This document shows positions 16,049 to 23,837 of a stretch of DNA of 32,000 nucleotides, piece by piece. Source of the stretch: Zestosphaera tikiterensis. Its GTDB lineage: Archaea > Thermoproteota > Thermoprotei_A > Sulfolobales > NBVN01. Below the pieces are notes generated by a model that worked only from the letters and a program-made list of their open reading frames with translations, was not told where the DNA came from and made no database searches. Position 1 is the stretch's first letter, and every line of letters begins with the position of its first letter. Location of the stretch: assembly GCA_003056265.1 (NCBI GenBank), contig NBVN01000004.1, forward strand, positions 60,001 to 92,000, in the 5' to 3' direction. Position numbers and translations under genes: made by a program.

Positions 16049-16145
16049 GGTTTTATTTGGGGAGTTCCGCCTCCGCCTAGAGGGCTTGCTTAGCTCATCC
16101 CGTAGGTTCATGGGCGGTTGTCGAGGGTAACGGCACAACCATCCC
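16049..16145 (-). repeat. GC-rich intergenic element, copy A (candidate structured RNA / old repeat); strand is motif orientation only
   Basis: The minus strand reads ...GGTTGTgccgttaccctcgACAACCgcccatgaaCCTAcGGGATGAGCTAAGCAAGCCctcTAGGCGGAGGCGGAACtccccAAATAAAAC. This shares GGGATGAG, AAGCC, GCGGAGG..GAAC and an A-rich tail with the copies at 16366, 20084 and 31451. There is a 6-bp stem at 16116-16121/16135-16140. No ORF is present. Confidence 0.3.
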
Positions 16146-16365
16146 TATCTATCTAGACTTGGAGCAACGTCTACTTACTTTTAACCTTATCTTATACAGG
16201 TTGCCATGTATGTGTTAGAAAAATATGTAAATGCTACTATTTAACTTTATAATAGTTGAGGGTTGGTTTGATGATTCGATTAAGAGACGAAGACAAGGGT
16301 GAGATTCAACTAAATGGGGCTCCTACCTTAGCTTGAGGTGTTTAGTGGAGGGTTGAGGAGGGTTT

Positions 16366-16500
16366 GAGCTATGAAGCTAAGCTATCGAAATGCGAGGGTA
16401 GAGTAAAGAATAGAGGTGATGAAGGCAAGTAATTGAAAATACGATGAAGCCGAAACCCTTATAAGGGCTTAGGCGAAGAGGGGAGGAAAGTAAATATAGA
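16366..16500 (+). repeat. Purine-rich intergenic element, copy A2, inverted relative to copy A
   Basis: It contains ATGAAGCTAAGC (16371-16382; matches copy A ATGAGCTAAGC), GTGATGAAGG (16416-16425), CGATGAAGCC (16442-16451; identical 9-mer GGCTTCATC at 20117-20125), the palindrome CCCTTATAAGGG and GGGGAGGAAAGTAAAT. No ORF is present. Confidence 0.3.
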
Positions 16501-16565
16501 GATGTTAAATATAATATGTACGAAGAAAATTAGAGAAGTGGTAAGTCTTTAAGAGGTGCTATATA

Positions 16566-17417
16566 GTGGTAGTTAGAAACCCAGCTGTGGCCGGGTATTT
16601 TTACGAGGGTAGAGCGCAAGCTCTTTTAAAGAGGTTAGAGTGGGCTTTCACACATCCCTTAGGTCCCGGAGCTAAGCCGGTTACGGCTAGTGTAAGAACA
16701 CGCGTAAGCGTTGGTTTCATAGTACCTCACGCTGGATATATGTACAGTGGTCCTGTAGCTGCTCACGCATATTTTAAAATGGCTTTAGAAGGGGTTCCGC
16801 AAACCGTCGTTATTTTAGGGCCTAACCATACGGGGTTTGGTGAGGCTGTGTCTGTATGGGATGAAGGTGTTTGGAGTACCCCACTCGGTAATGTAAGTGT
16901 TGATGAAGAGCTTGCTTCGGAAATCATAAAGAACTCTAGCTTTGCTAGACCGGATAAAACAGCACATTATGAGGAACACTCAATTGAGGTTCAGCTGCCT
17001 TTCCTACAGTATATATTCAAAGATTTTAAGATAGTGCCTATAGCTTTAATGTATCAAGTACCTGAAATAGCTAAAGACCTTTCCACGTCTATACTTAAGT
17101 CAGTACAGAAACTCTCACGGGACGTAGTTCTCATAGCTTCGTCGGACATGTCGCATTATGAAAGGCATGAAGTCGCCGTAGCTAAAGACAATCTCGCTTT
17201 AAGTAGGATATTAATGTTAGATCCTGAAGGTCTTTACGACGCTGTTATTAGCAACGACATAAGTATGTGTGGTGTTGGACCTGTAATGACGCTACTTTAC
17301 TATGCTAAGCAGTTAAACGCTTCTAAAGCTGAAGTGCTTAAATATGCTACTTCAGGTGACGTTACAGGCGATAAAAGCCAGGTGGTAGGCTACGCTTCAG
17401 TAAGGATTCACTTCTAA
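16566..17417 (+). CDS. MEMO1-family protein (AmmeMemoRadiSam system protein B-like)
   Basis: GTG start. RNPAVAGYFYEG, IVPHAGYMYSGPVAAHAY, LGPNHTG, EHSIEVQLPFLQ and SSDMSHY are the Memo/UPF0103 signatures. Confidence 0.85.
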   Translation: MVVRNPAVAGYFYEGRAQALLKRLEWAFTHPLGPGAKPVTASVRTRVSVGFIVPHAGYMYSGPVAAHAYFKMALEGVPQTVVILGPNHTGFGEAVSVWDEGVWSTPLGNVSVDEELASEIIKNSSFARPDKTAHYEEHSIEVQLPFLQYIFKDFKIVPIALMYQVPEIAKDLSTSILKSVQKLSRDVVLIASSDMSHYERHEVAVAKDNLALSRILMLDPEGLYDAVISNDISMCGVGPVMTLLYYAKQLNASKAEVLKYATSGDVTGDKSQVVGYASVRIHF

Positions 17418-17441
17418 CATTTAAAGGAAAGGATTTAGAAG

Positions 17442-18197
17442 GTGTTATCCTTGATTAAAGAAAGCCATGAATGGATACCTCTATTCCACATACCAATACC
17501 TAAGAAACATAACCCTATGGTTTTAATCTCAACTCAGAGGAGAGTTTCTATACGTTTAGAAACTTTAAAGGAAAGCGAAGATCTACGGATTGAAGGCCTT
17601 GAAGCATACCCAAAAGTAAAGGAGTTAATATCTTCCTTTATTAGCAAACTTTTTGAAGAAGTCTCTATGAAGGTAGGATTGGAGATACTGGTCAACACCC
17701 CCGAAGGTGTGCATGAAGGTTTTCTCTACGCATTCATAACAAACGCTGTCGTAGAGCTTTTAAGCGGGGAATTTAATGAAGATCTTATTAAGGCTGCAAC
17801 AGTCATAGACTCCTTACTTAACCTAGAGGATTTCGTATACGGTTTAAGAAGAACGTATTTAGCAAGTGAACCATTTATATGGAGGGTAGGGGACGATCCC
17901 ATATCTATCAATAGGAAATTAACAGCATACGTTGACGCGATTTTCAAGCAGCAAATGGGCTCTTCTACGGAAATGCAATTAACGGATTTAATAACACATT
18001 TATCGGGTTTAACGACCATACATATCTTTAGAGCCTTACGCGATGGTAGTGAGTTAAGGGATTTAATCCGTGTGTATAACGGCATATGGTACATCCTCTA
18101 TGAGGTGATCCCGCCTAAAATCGCGGAAAATGAACGTTACTTCATCGTATATCCAGACATAGGTAACGTAGTTATCGCTGAGGTGAGATTCCATTAG
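17442..18197 (+). CDS. Hypothetical protein; possible degenerate GHMP-kinase-fold protein (mevalonate-kinase position)
   Basis: 251 aa. VGLEILVNTPEGVHEGFLYAFITNAVVELLSGEFNEDLI aligns by eye with GHMP motif II (i-x-S-x-iP-x-GSGLGSSAA-x-x-vA), but with all Gly/Ser replaced. No GEH motif I and no GAGGGG motif III are present. It lies immediately upstream of ipk and fni. Confidence 0.3.
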   Translation: MLSLIKESHEWIPLFHIPIPKKHNPMVLISTQRRVSIRLETLKESEDLRIEGLEAYPKVKELISSFISKLFEEVSMKVGLEILVNTPEGVHEGFLYAFITNAVVELLSGEFNEDLIKAATVIDSLLNLEDFVYGLRRTYLASEPFIWRVGDDPISINRKLTAYVDAIFKQQMGSSTEMQLTDLITHLSGLTTIHIFRALRDGSELRDLIRVYNGIWYILYEVIPPKIAENERYFIVYPDIGNVVIAEVRFH

Positions 18198-18207
18198 CGG
18201 TCATGCG

Positions 18208-18978
18208 TTGAAGATAATTAAGTTTGGAGGTTCCGTTATAACATCTAAAAATGATCCACTATCTTTAAACTCCAACGTAATAATTGAGTTAGCAGAAGAG
18301 ATCCGTAGATATTATTTAGAGTTTAAAGACAGGGTTAAGTTAGTTATCGTGCATGGGGGTGGGTCATACGGACATCCGCTAGTTATAGAATGTTTAAAAC
18401 GTTTCAGCACGTTAACGCTAGAGTGCTTTGCTAAGGTTTCATACTTCATGAACTTACTTAACATGTACGTTCTTGAAGCTTTATTAAGTAATGAAGTACC
18501 GGTAGTTGGAATACCTCCTAAAGCTATTTGTAAAGTTTCAGAAACGTTGGAATGCGATTTAACGACTGTAAATCAACTGATGGAGGCTGGTTTAATCCCA
18601 GTACTCTATGGAGATGTAGTTCTCTACAACAACGGATTTAAAGTGTTGTCAGGTGATGACATCGTTTGGATGATCGCTAAGGAATTCAACGCTAACGCAG
18701 TAATATTCTTAACAGACGTGGATGGCGTCTACGATAGGAATCCCAAATCTTTTAAAGACGCTACTTTACTAACGCATGTAAGCTTAGACGAGGTTTTAAA
18801 CCGTGTTGAGTTTTGGGGGGTTAAGGACGTTACTGGGGGAATGCTTGAGAAGCTAAGGAAGGCTAAAGAGCTTAACGTTAGGGGGTTAAGGGTCTACGTT
18901 GTGAATGGTTATAAACGGGGGAACCTTTATAATGCGTTACGTGAGAGTAATGTTTTAGGGTCTGTAATATGGGTTTAG
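18208..18978 (+). CDS. ipk: Isopentenyl phosphate kinase (amino-acid-kinase fold)
   Basis: TTG start. KIIKFGGSVITSK, VIVHGGGSYGH, SGDDIV, LTDVDGVYDRNP and VTGGM are typical of archaeal IPK. The gene is adjacent to fni. Confidence 0.85.
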   Translation: MKIIKFGGSVITSKNDPLSLNSNVIIELAEEIRRYYLEFKDRVKLVIVHGGGSYGHPLVIECLKRFSTLTLECFAKVSYFMNLLNMYVLEALLSNEVPVVGIPPKAICKVSETLECDLTTVNQLMEAGLIPVLYGDVVLYNNGFKVLSGDDIVWMIAKEFNANAVIFLTDVDGVYDRNPKSFKDATLLTHVSLDEVLNRVEFWGVKDVTGGMLEKLRKAKELNVRGLRVYVVNGYKRGNLYNALRESNVLGSVIWV

Positions 18979-20039
18979 ACGATAACCAGTTAAGGAAGTT
19001 GGAACATTTGGAGATCGTTCTTAACGAATCGGTTGAAGGGCCTAACACTACTTTTTTCGAGTATGTTTTTATACCTCACCAAGCATATAGCGACTTAACA
19101 TTCGATGATATTGATTTACGCGTTAGGGTTTTCGGTAAGGACCTTCAAGCACCTATATTCATTTCAGGCATGACTGGAGGCGCTCCAGGAACTGAAAAAA
19201 TAAATGAGAAGTTAGCTGAGGTTGCTGAGAAGTATGGTCTGGGTTTAGGGGTGGGGAGTCAGAGGGCAGCCATTGAAAACCCATCACTCCAATACACGTT
19301 TAAAGTGGTTAGAAAGCACGCTAGGAGCATTCCTGTACTGGCTAATATAGGGGCGCATGAGTTCGTGAAGTATGACATGCGTAAGATACTAGACATTATT
19401 AACATGATTGAAGCAGACGCTCTAGCCATACATCTTAACATAGCTCAAGAGATGATTCAACTTGAGGGGACTCCAACCTTTAAAAACCTGCTGATTAAGG
19501 TAGGTGAGGTACTCAAGGAAATTTCCATTCCTATAGTGATAAAGGAGGTCGGTAATGGGTTGTCTTACGAAGTCGTTAAGGCTTTCCACGAGGTTGGAGT
19601 TAATCACTTCGACGTTCAAGGCGCGGGAGGAACGAATTGGGTGTTGGTGGAGAAGTATAGAGCCTTAAGAAAAGGAAACACTTTAAAAGGTTTCGTCGCC
19701 GACAACATAGCAGATGTTGGAATACCTACCGCAGCATCTATCGTTGAAGCTAGGAACGCCGCCCCGAACGCCTTCATAATAGGTTCCGGCGGCATTAGGA
19801 AGGCGTCGGACGTAATTAAAGCGTTAAGGCTAGGGGCGGACGCCGTTGGTTTAGCAAGCCCTATATTGAAGGCTTACTTCAACGGCGTTTTGGAAGAGTA
19901 TCTACATGCTCTACTACATGGTGTTAAAGCTTGTTTCATATTAAGCGGTTCTAGAAACGTAAGTGAGTTAAGGACAAAGCCCGTTATAATAACGTCATTA
20001 CTTAAGGAGTGGATAACCGCCAGAGGGATTCGGGTCTGA
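18969..20039 (+). CDS. fni: Type 2 (FMN-dependent) isopentenyl-diphosphate delta-isomerase
   Basis: PIFISGMTGG, GVGSQRAA, IHLNIAQE, VIKEVGNG, DVQGAGGTNW and GSGGIR are IDI-2 signatures. It overlaps ipk by 10 nt. Confidence 0.9.
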   Translation: MGLDDNQLRKLEHLEIVLNESVEGPNTTFFEYVFIPHQAYSDLTFDDIDLRVRVFGKDLQAPIFISGMTGGAPGTEKINEKLAEVAEKYGLGLGVGSQRAAIENPSLQYTFKVVRKHARSIPVLANIGAHEFVKYDMRKILDIINMIEADALAIHLNIAQEMIQLEGTPTFKNLLIKVGEVLKEISIPIVIKEVGNGLSYEVVKAFHEVGVNHFDVQGAGGTNWVLVEKYRALRKGNTLKGFVADNIADVGIPTAASIVEARNAAPNAFIIGSGGIRKASDVIKALRLGADAVGLASPILKAYFNGVLEEYLHALLHGVKACFILSGSRNVSELRTKPVIITSLLKEWITARGIRV

Positions 20040-20057
20040 ACGATATTCTTAAATTAC

Positions 20058-20083
20058 TTTTTAGATATATTTAATTGTTTTTT
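20058..20083 (+). terminator. Oligo-T tracts downstream of fni (candidate archaeal intrinsic terminator)
   Basis: A T5 run at 20058-20062 and a T6 run at 20078-20083 lie within 45 nt of the fni stop. Confidence 0.4.
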
Positions 20084-20215
20084 CATCCCATCATGTTTTG
20101 TTCCTCCGCTCTGTCTGGCTTCATCCTTCACTGCGGAAGCTCTTAGGGGCGACCCAAGCACCCCCACACACGCTTAACCACTCTTTCATTCTATCCCTAC
20201 GATAGAATACCGAGG
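20084..20215 (-). repeat. GC-rich intergenic element, copy B (candidate structured RNA / old repeat); strand is motif orientation only
   Basis: The minus strand reads ...GTGTGTGGGGGTGCTTGGGTCGCCCCtaaGAGCTTCcgcagtgaaggatGAAGCCagacagaGCGGAGGAACAAAAC. There is a hairpin GCTTC/GAAGC (20118-20122 / 20136-20140, 13-nt loop). No ORF is present. Confidence 0.3.
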
Positions 20216-20310
20216 AATTAAATAGAAGGCAAAATGGCTTAAGGTGTTTTAGTAGACCTCCGCAAAGGTTTTATGTTCGTACATCATTTATAGTTTGTGG
20301 TGTAGAACGG

Positions 20311-21321
20311 ATGGGTTTAAGCGATTTCAACGCTTTGTTAAGCTACGCTAAGTATGTATCCAGCCACGTGGAGGAGGTTATCTACGATCTACTTAATAAA
20401 GAACCTCAAAAACTATATGATGCCTCTAAGCATTTGATTAAAGCGGGGGGTAAGAGGTTAAGGCCATTAGCACTTGTTTTAAGTGGTCGGATGTACGGCC
20501 TTCCTGAGAACCTAGGTTTCATAGCTGGAGCAGCTGTAGAGATACTTCACAACTTCACTTTAGTTCATGATGACATAATGGATAAAGACACTTTTAGGAG
20601 GGGTGTTCCCACCGTTCACGTTCTTTACGGCGTTGATATGGCTATACTCGCGGGAGATACGCTTTTTGCTAAAGCTTATGAAGCTTTAGGTCTGCTAGAG
20701 CGTTACGTACCTGCTGAACGTTTAGTTAAAGCTTTTAAAGAGCTTACGTGGGCGGCCGTAACCGTTGCTGAAGGTCAAGCGTTAGATATGGATTTCGAAG
20801 GTAGAATGGACGTATCTCTAGAAGAATACTTAACCATGATTTACAAGAAAACCGCCGCCTTATTTAAGGCCAGTTTAAATATCGGTGCGTTATTAGCTGG
20901 AGCTCCAGAGAAGGAGTTGAAACTACTTAGCGAATTTGCTGAGGGGGTTGGCATAGCTTTTCAAATAAGAGATGACGTACTTGGATTAGTAGGGGATGAA
21001 AAAACTTTAGGTAAGCCTATATACAGCGATTTAAGGGAGGGGAAGAAAACAGTCTTAGTTATATATGCTTTAAGCAAACTATCTAACGAAGAGAAAGAGA
21101 GGATAAGCAAAGTTTTAGGGAATAGATCAGCAAGTGTTGAAGAACTTCGTAAAGTAGCAGAACTTATAATTTCAACAGGCGCCGTTGATTACGCTGAAAA
21201 ACTAGCTGACGAATACTTAAGCAGAGGCTTAAACGCTTTAAACATGACCAACCCTCAAGATTTTGAAGCTAAGGAAATGCTTAAGAACCTCGCACTATAC
21301 GTTACTTCAAGAACCTATTAA
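20311..21321 (+). CDS. idsA: Geranylgeranyl diphosphate synthase (short-chain trans-prenyltransferase)
   Basis: The first Asp-rich motif is LVHDDIMDKD, the second is FQIRDDVLG, and GKRLRP is also present. Confidence 0.9.
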   Translation: MGLSDFNALLSYAKYVSSHVEEVIYDLLNKEPQKLYDASKHLIKAGGKRLRPLALVLSGRMYGLPENLGFIAGAAVEILHNFTLVHDDIMDKDTFRRGVPTVHVLYGVDMAILAGDTLFAKAYEALGLLERYVPAERLVKAFKELTWAAVTVAEGQALDMDFEGRMDVSLEEYLTMIYKKTAALFKASLNIGALLAGAPEKELKLLSEFAEGVGIAFQIRDDVLGLVGDEKTLGKPIYSDLREGKKTVLVIYALSKLSNEEKERISKVLGNRSASVEELRKVAELIISTGAVDYAEKLADEYLSRGLNALNMTNPQDFEAKEMLKNLALYVTSRTY

Positions 21322-21398
21322 CGTGTTGATTTTAACATAAGCTATTAACCAACTCCTTTAAGTTAACCCACGCTGTCTTCCAATCATATCTTACAGCT

Positions 21399-21413
21399 GA
21401 AAGCCTCGCTTTC
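21399..21413. terminator. Short hairpin between convergent genes
   Basis: GAAAGC-ctc-GCTTTC is a 6-bp stem with a 3-nt loop, between the idsA stop (21321) and the stop of the minus-strand ORF (21430). It is marginal. Confidence 0.25.
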
Positions 21414-21429
21414 TAAGGTGGGGGTGGGT

Positions 21430-21807
21430 TTACTTATTTTGTGAGGTACTTAATAATAGCTTACTTATGAATTCTTTAAACGCGCTACTATCGGTAGTAG
21501 CTAACTTAATTAACTCAGGTTCTAAATCAACTTTACCTAACTTTATAGTTATCGGGCGGATAAGAAAATGTGTTAAAACAAATAGGGCAGAGTCTTCATT
21601 ACCGTAGTGATTACTTAGGAGTCGATAAACCTTAACCGGGTCTTCAAAAATTGCCTCTTCAACGTGTTTTCTCATCCTACTAAATACCGCCATGTCTAAA
21701 AGGGTGTAGAAACCAGGTGCTTTAAGTTGTATGTATTCTTTAATGTAATCGGAAAGTTCCTTAAAACTAACCACGTTTAAACACCTTCTAGTCCAGTCTT
21801 TAAACAT
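21430..21807 (-). CDS. Hypothetical small helical protein coupled to the KaiC-like ATPase
   Basis: 125-aa ORF. ATG 21807 would overlap the KaiC-like gene by 31 nt, and the alternative GTG 21774 starts right after its TAA. I recognise no motif. Confidence 0.5.
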   Translation of the reverse strand: MFKDWTRRCLNVVSFKELSDYIKEYIQLKAPGFYTLLDMAVFSRMRKHVEEAIFEDPVKVYRLLSNHYGNEDSALFVLTHFLIRPITIKLGKVDLEPELIKLATTDSSAFKEFISKLLLSTSQNK

Positions 21808-23150
21808 TTGATTAAATCATCTTCGTTAATCATTAACGGCACTCTTCCAGTACGCCAGAAAATGTAATAATATCGACACGGCTTTATGAAATCGTCGTCT
21901 TTAGACTCATCGCATTTTACCTCAGACTTAATCACTAAATCAGCAAGACTTGCGAAAGCTCTACTTCTTTCGTCATTTATAAAACTGCCTGAACGTATCA
22001 CTAATCTATGAGATTTCTTAAGCGTGTATAGCTGGTTAGTTAACTCCCCTATATAGTCCTCTAAACTTCTAGCCATGGCCGGAATCTCCACGCCGTGAAA
22101 GTACACCAAGTCTGGGTTATGTTCTTCTATAAGCGAAAGTTCGTAGGAAAACAGCTGACTTAAGCTAAGGCTGAAAGGGTTTATAGACCTAACAGTTATT
22201 AACTCGTCTATAGAGTCTCTAAGTTTAGTGAGGTTCACCCTCTCCAATATGGTATACAATAATCGTTTAATCTCAGCTTCGCTGTAGCGATAGCTAATTA
22301 CGAAGGTTTTAAGTTTATATTGATGAATTAAAGCTAGAAGCAATAAATTATGGGTTAAAGCCCTAGCGTTGGGTGGATACTCTACGTAGACGATCTCACC
22401 CCTTCTTAAACCTCCTAACGCTTCATTAAGAGCTTTACACGGTAGTGAATACGGGGTCTCCGACGTAGGGTATATCTCCTCAAGCTTAGGTGGGGGAAAG
22501 AGCTTAATCCCCTTCCCAGACGTTATGATGAAAGGCGTCTCAGCTATGTAAACTTCACTACCCCTAGCTTTCCGCACCTCTAAGCTCCTCTCAACCAAAC
22601 CCCTTACTATCCTCTGTTTGAGGACTATATACACATCAACTACGAATTCCACATCGCCTAAATCTAAGGTTTCCTTACCTATAGGCACTTCAGCCGTCAG
22701 TACTAACAACCCGTTTTTATAAGTCGGTACTTCATAGAAGAAATTCTGAAGTAAGCTTCTTGAGGCCTTACCTTTAACGCCGCTTAACAACGCGTTAATC
22801 GAGTCTAAAACTAAAACTCCGTCTTCAGGGAATAAGTTCCCTAATTCCGTTAGCAGATCTTTAATGTCGAGAGTTACAGGCATCTTAACAAATTTAAATA
22901 ACTCCTTACTTTCTAACTCGCTGAAGTTAAGACCTAGTCTAGACATAAACAACATGAACTTACTCTTACTTTCTTGGAAAGTTATGTAAGTGCATTTCCT
23001 ACCTATTAAAGCATTATTATAGCATATCGTGGCTGCTAAAGTTGTTTTGCCAGCTCCCGGATTGCCGGTTATTAAAAGTAGGGTACCCGGTATTAAAGCT
23101 TCTTTAAGTAAGTTGTCGAGTTCGTTTACCCCAGTTAAGAAAAACTTCAT
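21777..23150 (-). CDS. KaiC/RecA-superfamily two-domain ATPase (second domain degenerate)
   Basis: Domain 1 has TGVNELDNLL...GTLLLITGNPGAGKTTLA (Walker A) and GVLVLDSINAL (Walker B). Domain 2 repeats the fold (LNEALGGLRRGEIVYVEYPPNARAL), but the P-loop is replaced. Confidence 0.8.
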   Translation of the reverse strand: MKFFLTGVNELDNLLKEALIPGTLLLITGNPGAGKTTLAATICYNNALIGRKCTYITFQESKSKFMLFMSRLGLNFSELESKELFKFVKMPVTLDIKDLLTELGNLFPEDGVLVLDSINALLSGVKGKASRSLLQNFFYEVPTYKNGLLVLTAEVPIGKETLDLGDVEFVVDVYIVLKQRIVRGLVERSLEVRKARGSEVYIAETPFIITSGKGIKLFPPPKLEEIYPTSETPYSLPCKALNEALGGLRRGEIVYVEYPPNARALTHNLLLLALIHQYKLKTFVISYRYSEAEIKRLLYTILERVNLTKLRDSIDELITVRSINPFSLSLSQLFSYELSLIEEHNPDLVYFHGVEIPAMARSLEDYIGELTNQLYTLKKSHRLVIRSGSFINDERSRAFASLADLVIKSEVKCDESKDDDFIKPCRYYYIFWRTGRVPLMINEDDLIKCLKTGLEGV

Positions 23151-23364
23151 GATACGTCACTATCCCAAATTAGTAAGTTTATGAGGTTCCTAATAAGTTT
23201 TAATTTTATGAGGGCTTCAACTCTTCTCAGTTTATAGGATGTGACGTCATTTCGAAGGTCTCCCGGCTTTATGAGGTGTTAAGAAGTGTTTATCCTTATT
23301 TGCTTTAAAGCCTTATAACACCTTGATATGGAGGAAGGTGTTGATAAATACGTGAGAGTGTGAG

Positions 23365-23835
23365 GTGGTATTCACGGTCTTAAGCGATGATGTAGTTAAG
23401 GGCGTGAAAGTAGGTAAAGCTACTGATAACGCGTTAAAATACCTTAAAGATGTCTCAAGTTACTATAGGATGCCTGAATGTTTTAAGGTTTTAAACGATG
23501 TTAAAGAGAAAATCCCATGTTATGAAATACCTAAGGAGATAGAACTTCTGAAGGATGGTAAGTACGCGTTAGAGGTATGTAACCCAAGGCTGAATAAATG
23601 TGTTGACTTAGATTCTAACGCTTTAGTCGATGAAGTAGTTATAGAGGGGTTTGAAGTATATCCTGTGGTTGAGGAATGCTCTGAAGTGGGTCGAAATGAT
23701 AAACTAGCTTATATAGTAACAGGCAAAGGTGAAGTGAGGGTCGTTAGGTATGAAGGTGATGGCGTTGTCTTATACGTAGATGAAGTGGTGGGTGTAAGGC
23801 CTGTTAAGTATAGAGTGTTTATAAAGAGGGGTTAG
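23365..23835 (+). CDS. Hypothetical protein, possibly with a biotinyl/lipoyl-like beta hybrid fold (DUF2118-like guess)
   Basis: 156 aa, GTG start, ending 2 nt before gltX. EECSEVGRNDKLAYIVTGKGEVRVVRYEGDGVVLYVDEV resembles the hybrid-barrel pattern. The call is weak. Confidence 0.35.
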   Translation: MVFTVLSDDVVKGVKVGKATDNALKYLKDVSSYYRMPECFKVLNDVKEKIPCYEIPKEIELLKDGKYALEVCNPRLNKCVDLDSNALVDEVVIEGFEVYPVVEECSEVGRNDKLAYIVTGKGEVRVVRYEGDGVVLYVDEVVGVRPVKYRVFIKRG

Positions 23836-23837
23836 CC

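Noticed and set aside
16049-16145. Possible tRNA (GGTTCATGGG looked T-loop-like) or 5S-like RNA in the GC-rich block
   Set aside because: I could not build a cloverleaf on either strand. There is no 7-bp acceptor pairing, no T-stem flanking the GGTTCA string and no D-arm. The length and motifs do not fit 5S.
16416-16451. Box C/D sRNA: GUGAUGA - 11 nt - UUGA - 7 nt - CGAUGA
   Set aside because: The C, D'-like and C'-like boxes are spaced about right. However, no CUGA D box follows within the expected ~12 nt, and no terminal stem can form.
17726-18094. 122-aa minus-strand ORF inside the GHMP-like ORF
   Set aside because: The plus-strand ORF is longer, is spaced as an operon member with its neighbours and has a fold-like pattern. 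The antisense frame has none of these. Because the sense ORF is itself poorly characterised, this rejection is less certain than the others.
19259-19619. Two minus-strand ORFs (60 and 65 aa) inside fni
   Set aside because: They are antisense to the IDI-2 FMN-binding region.
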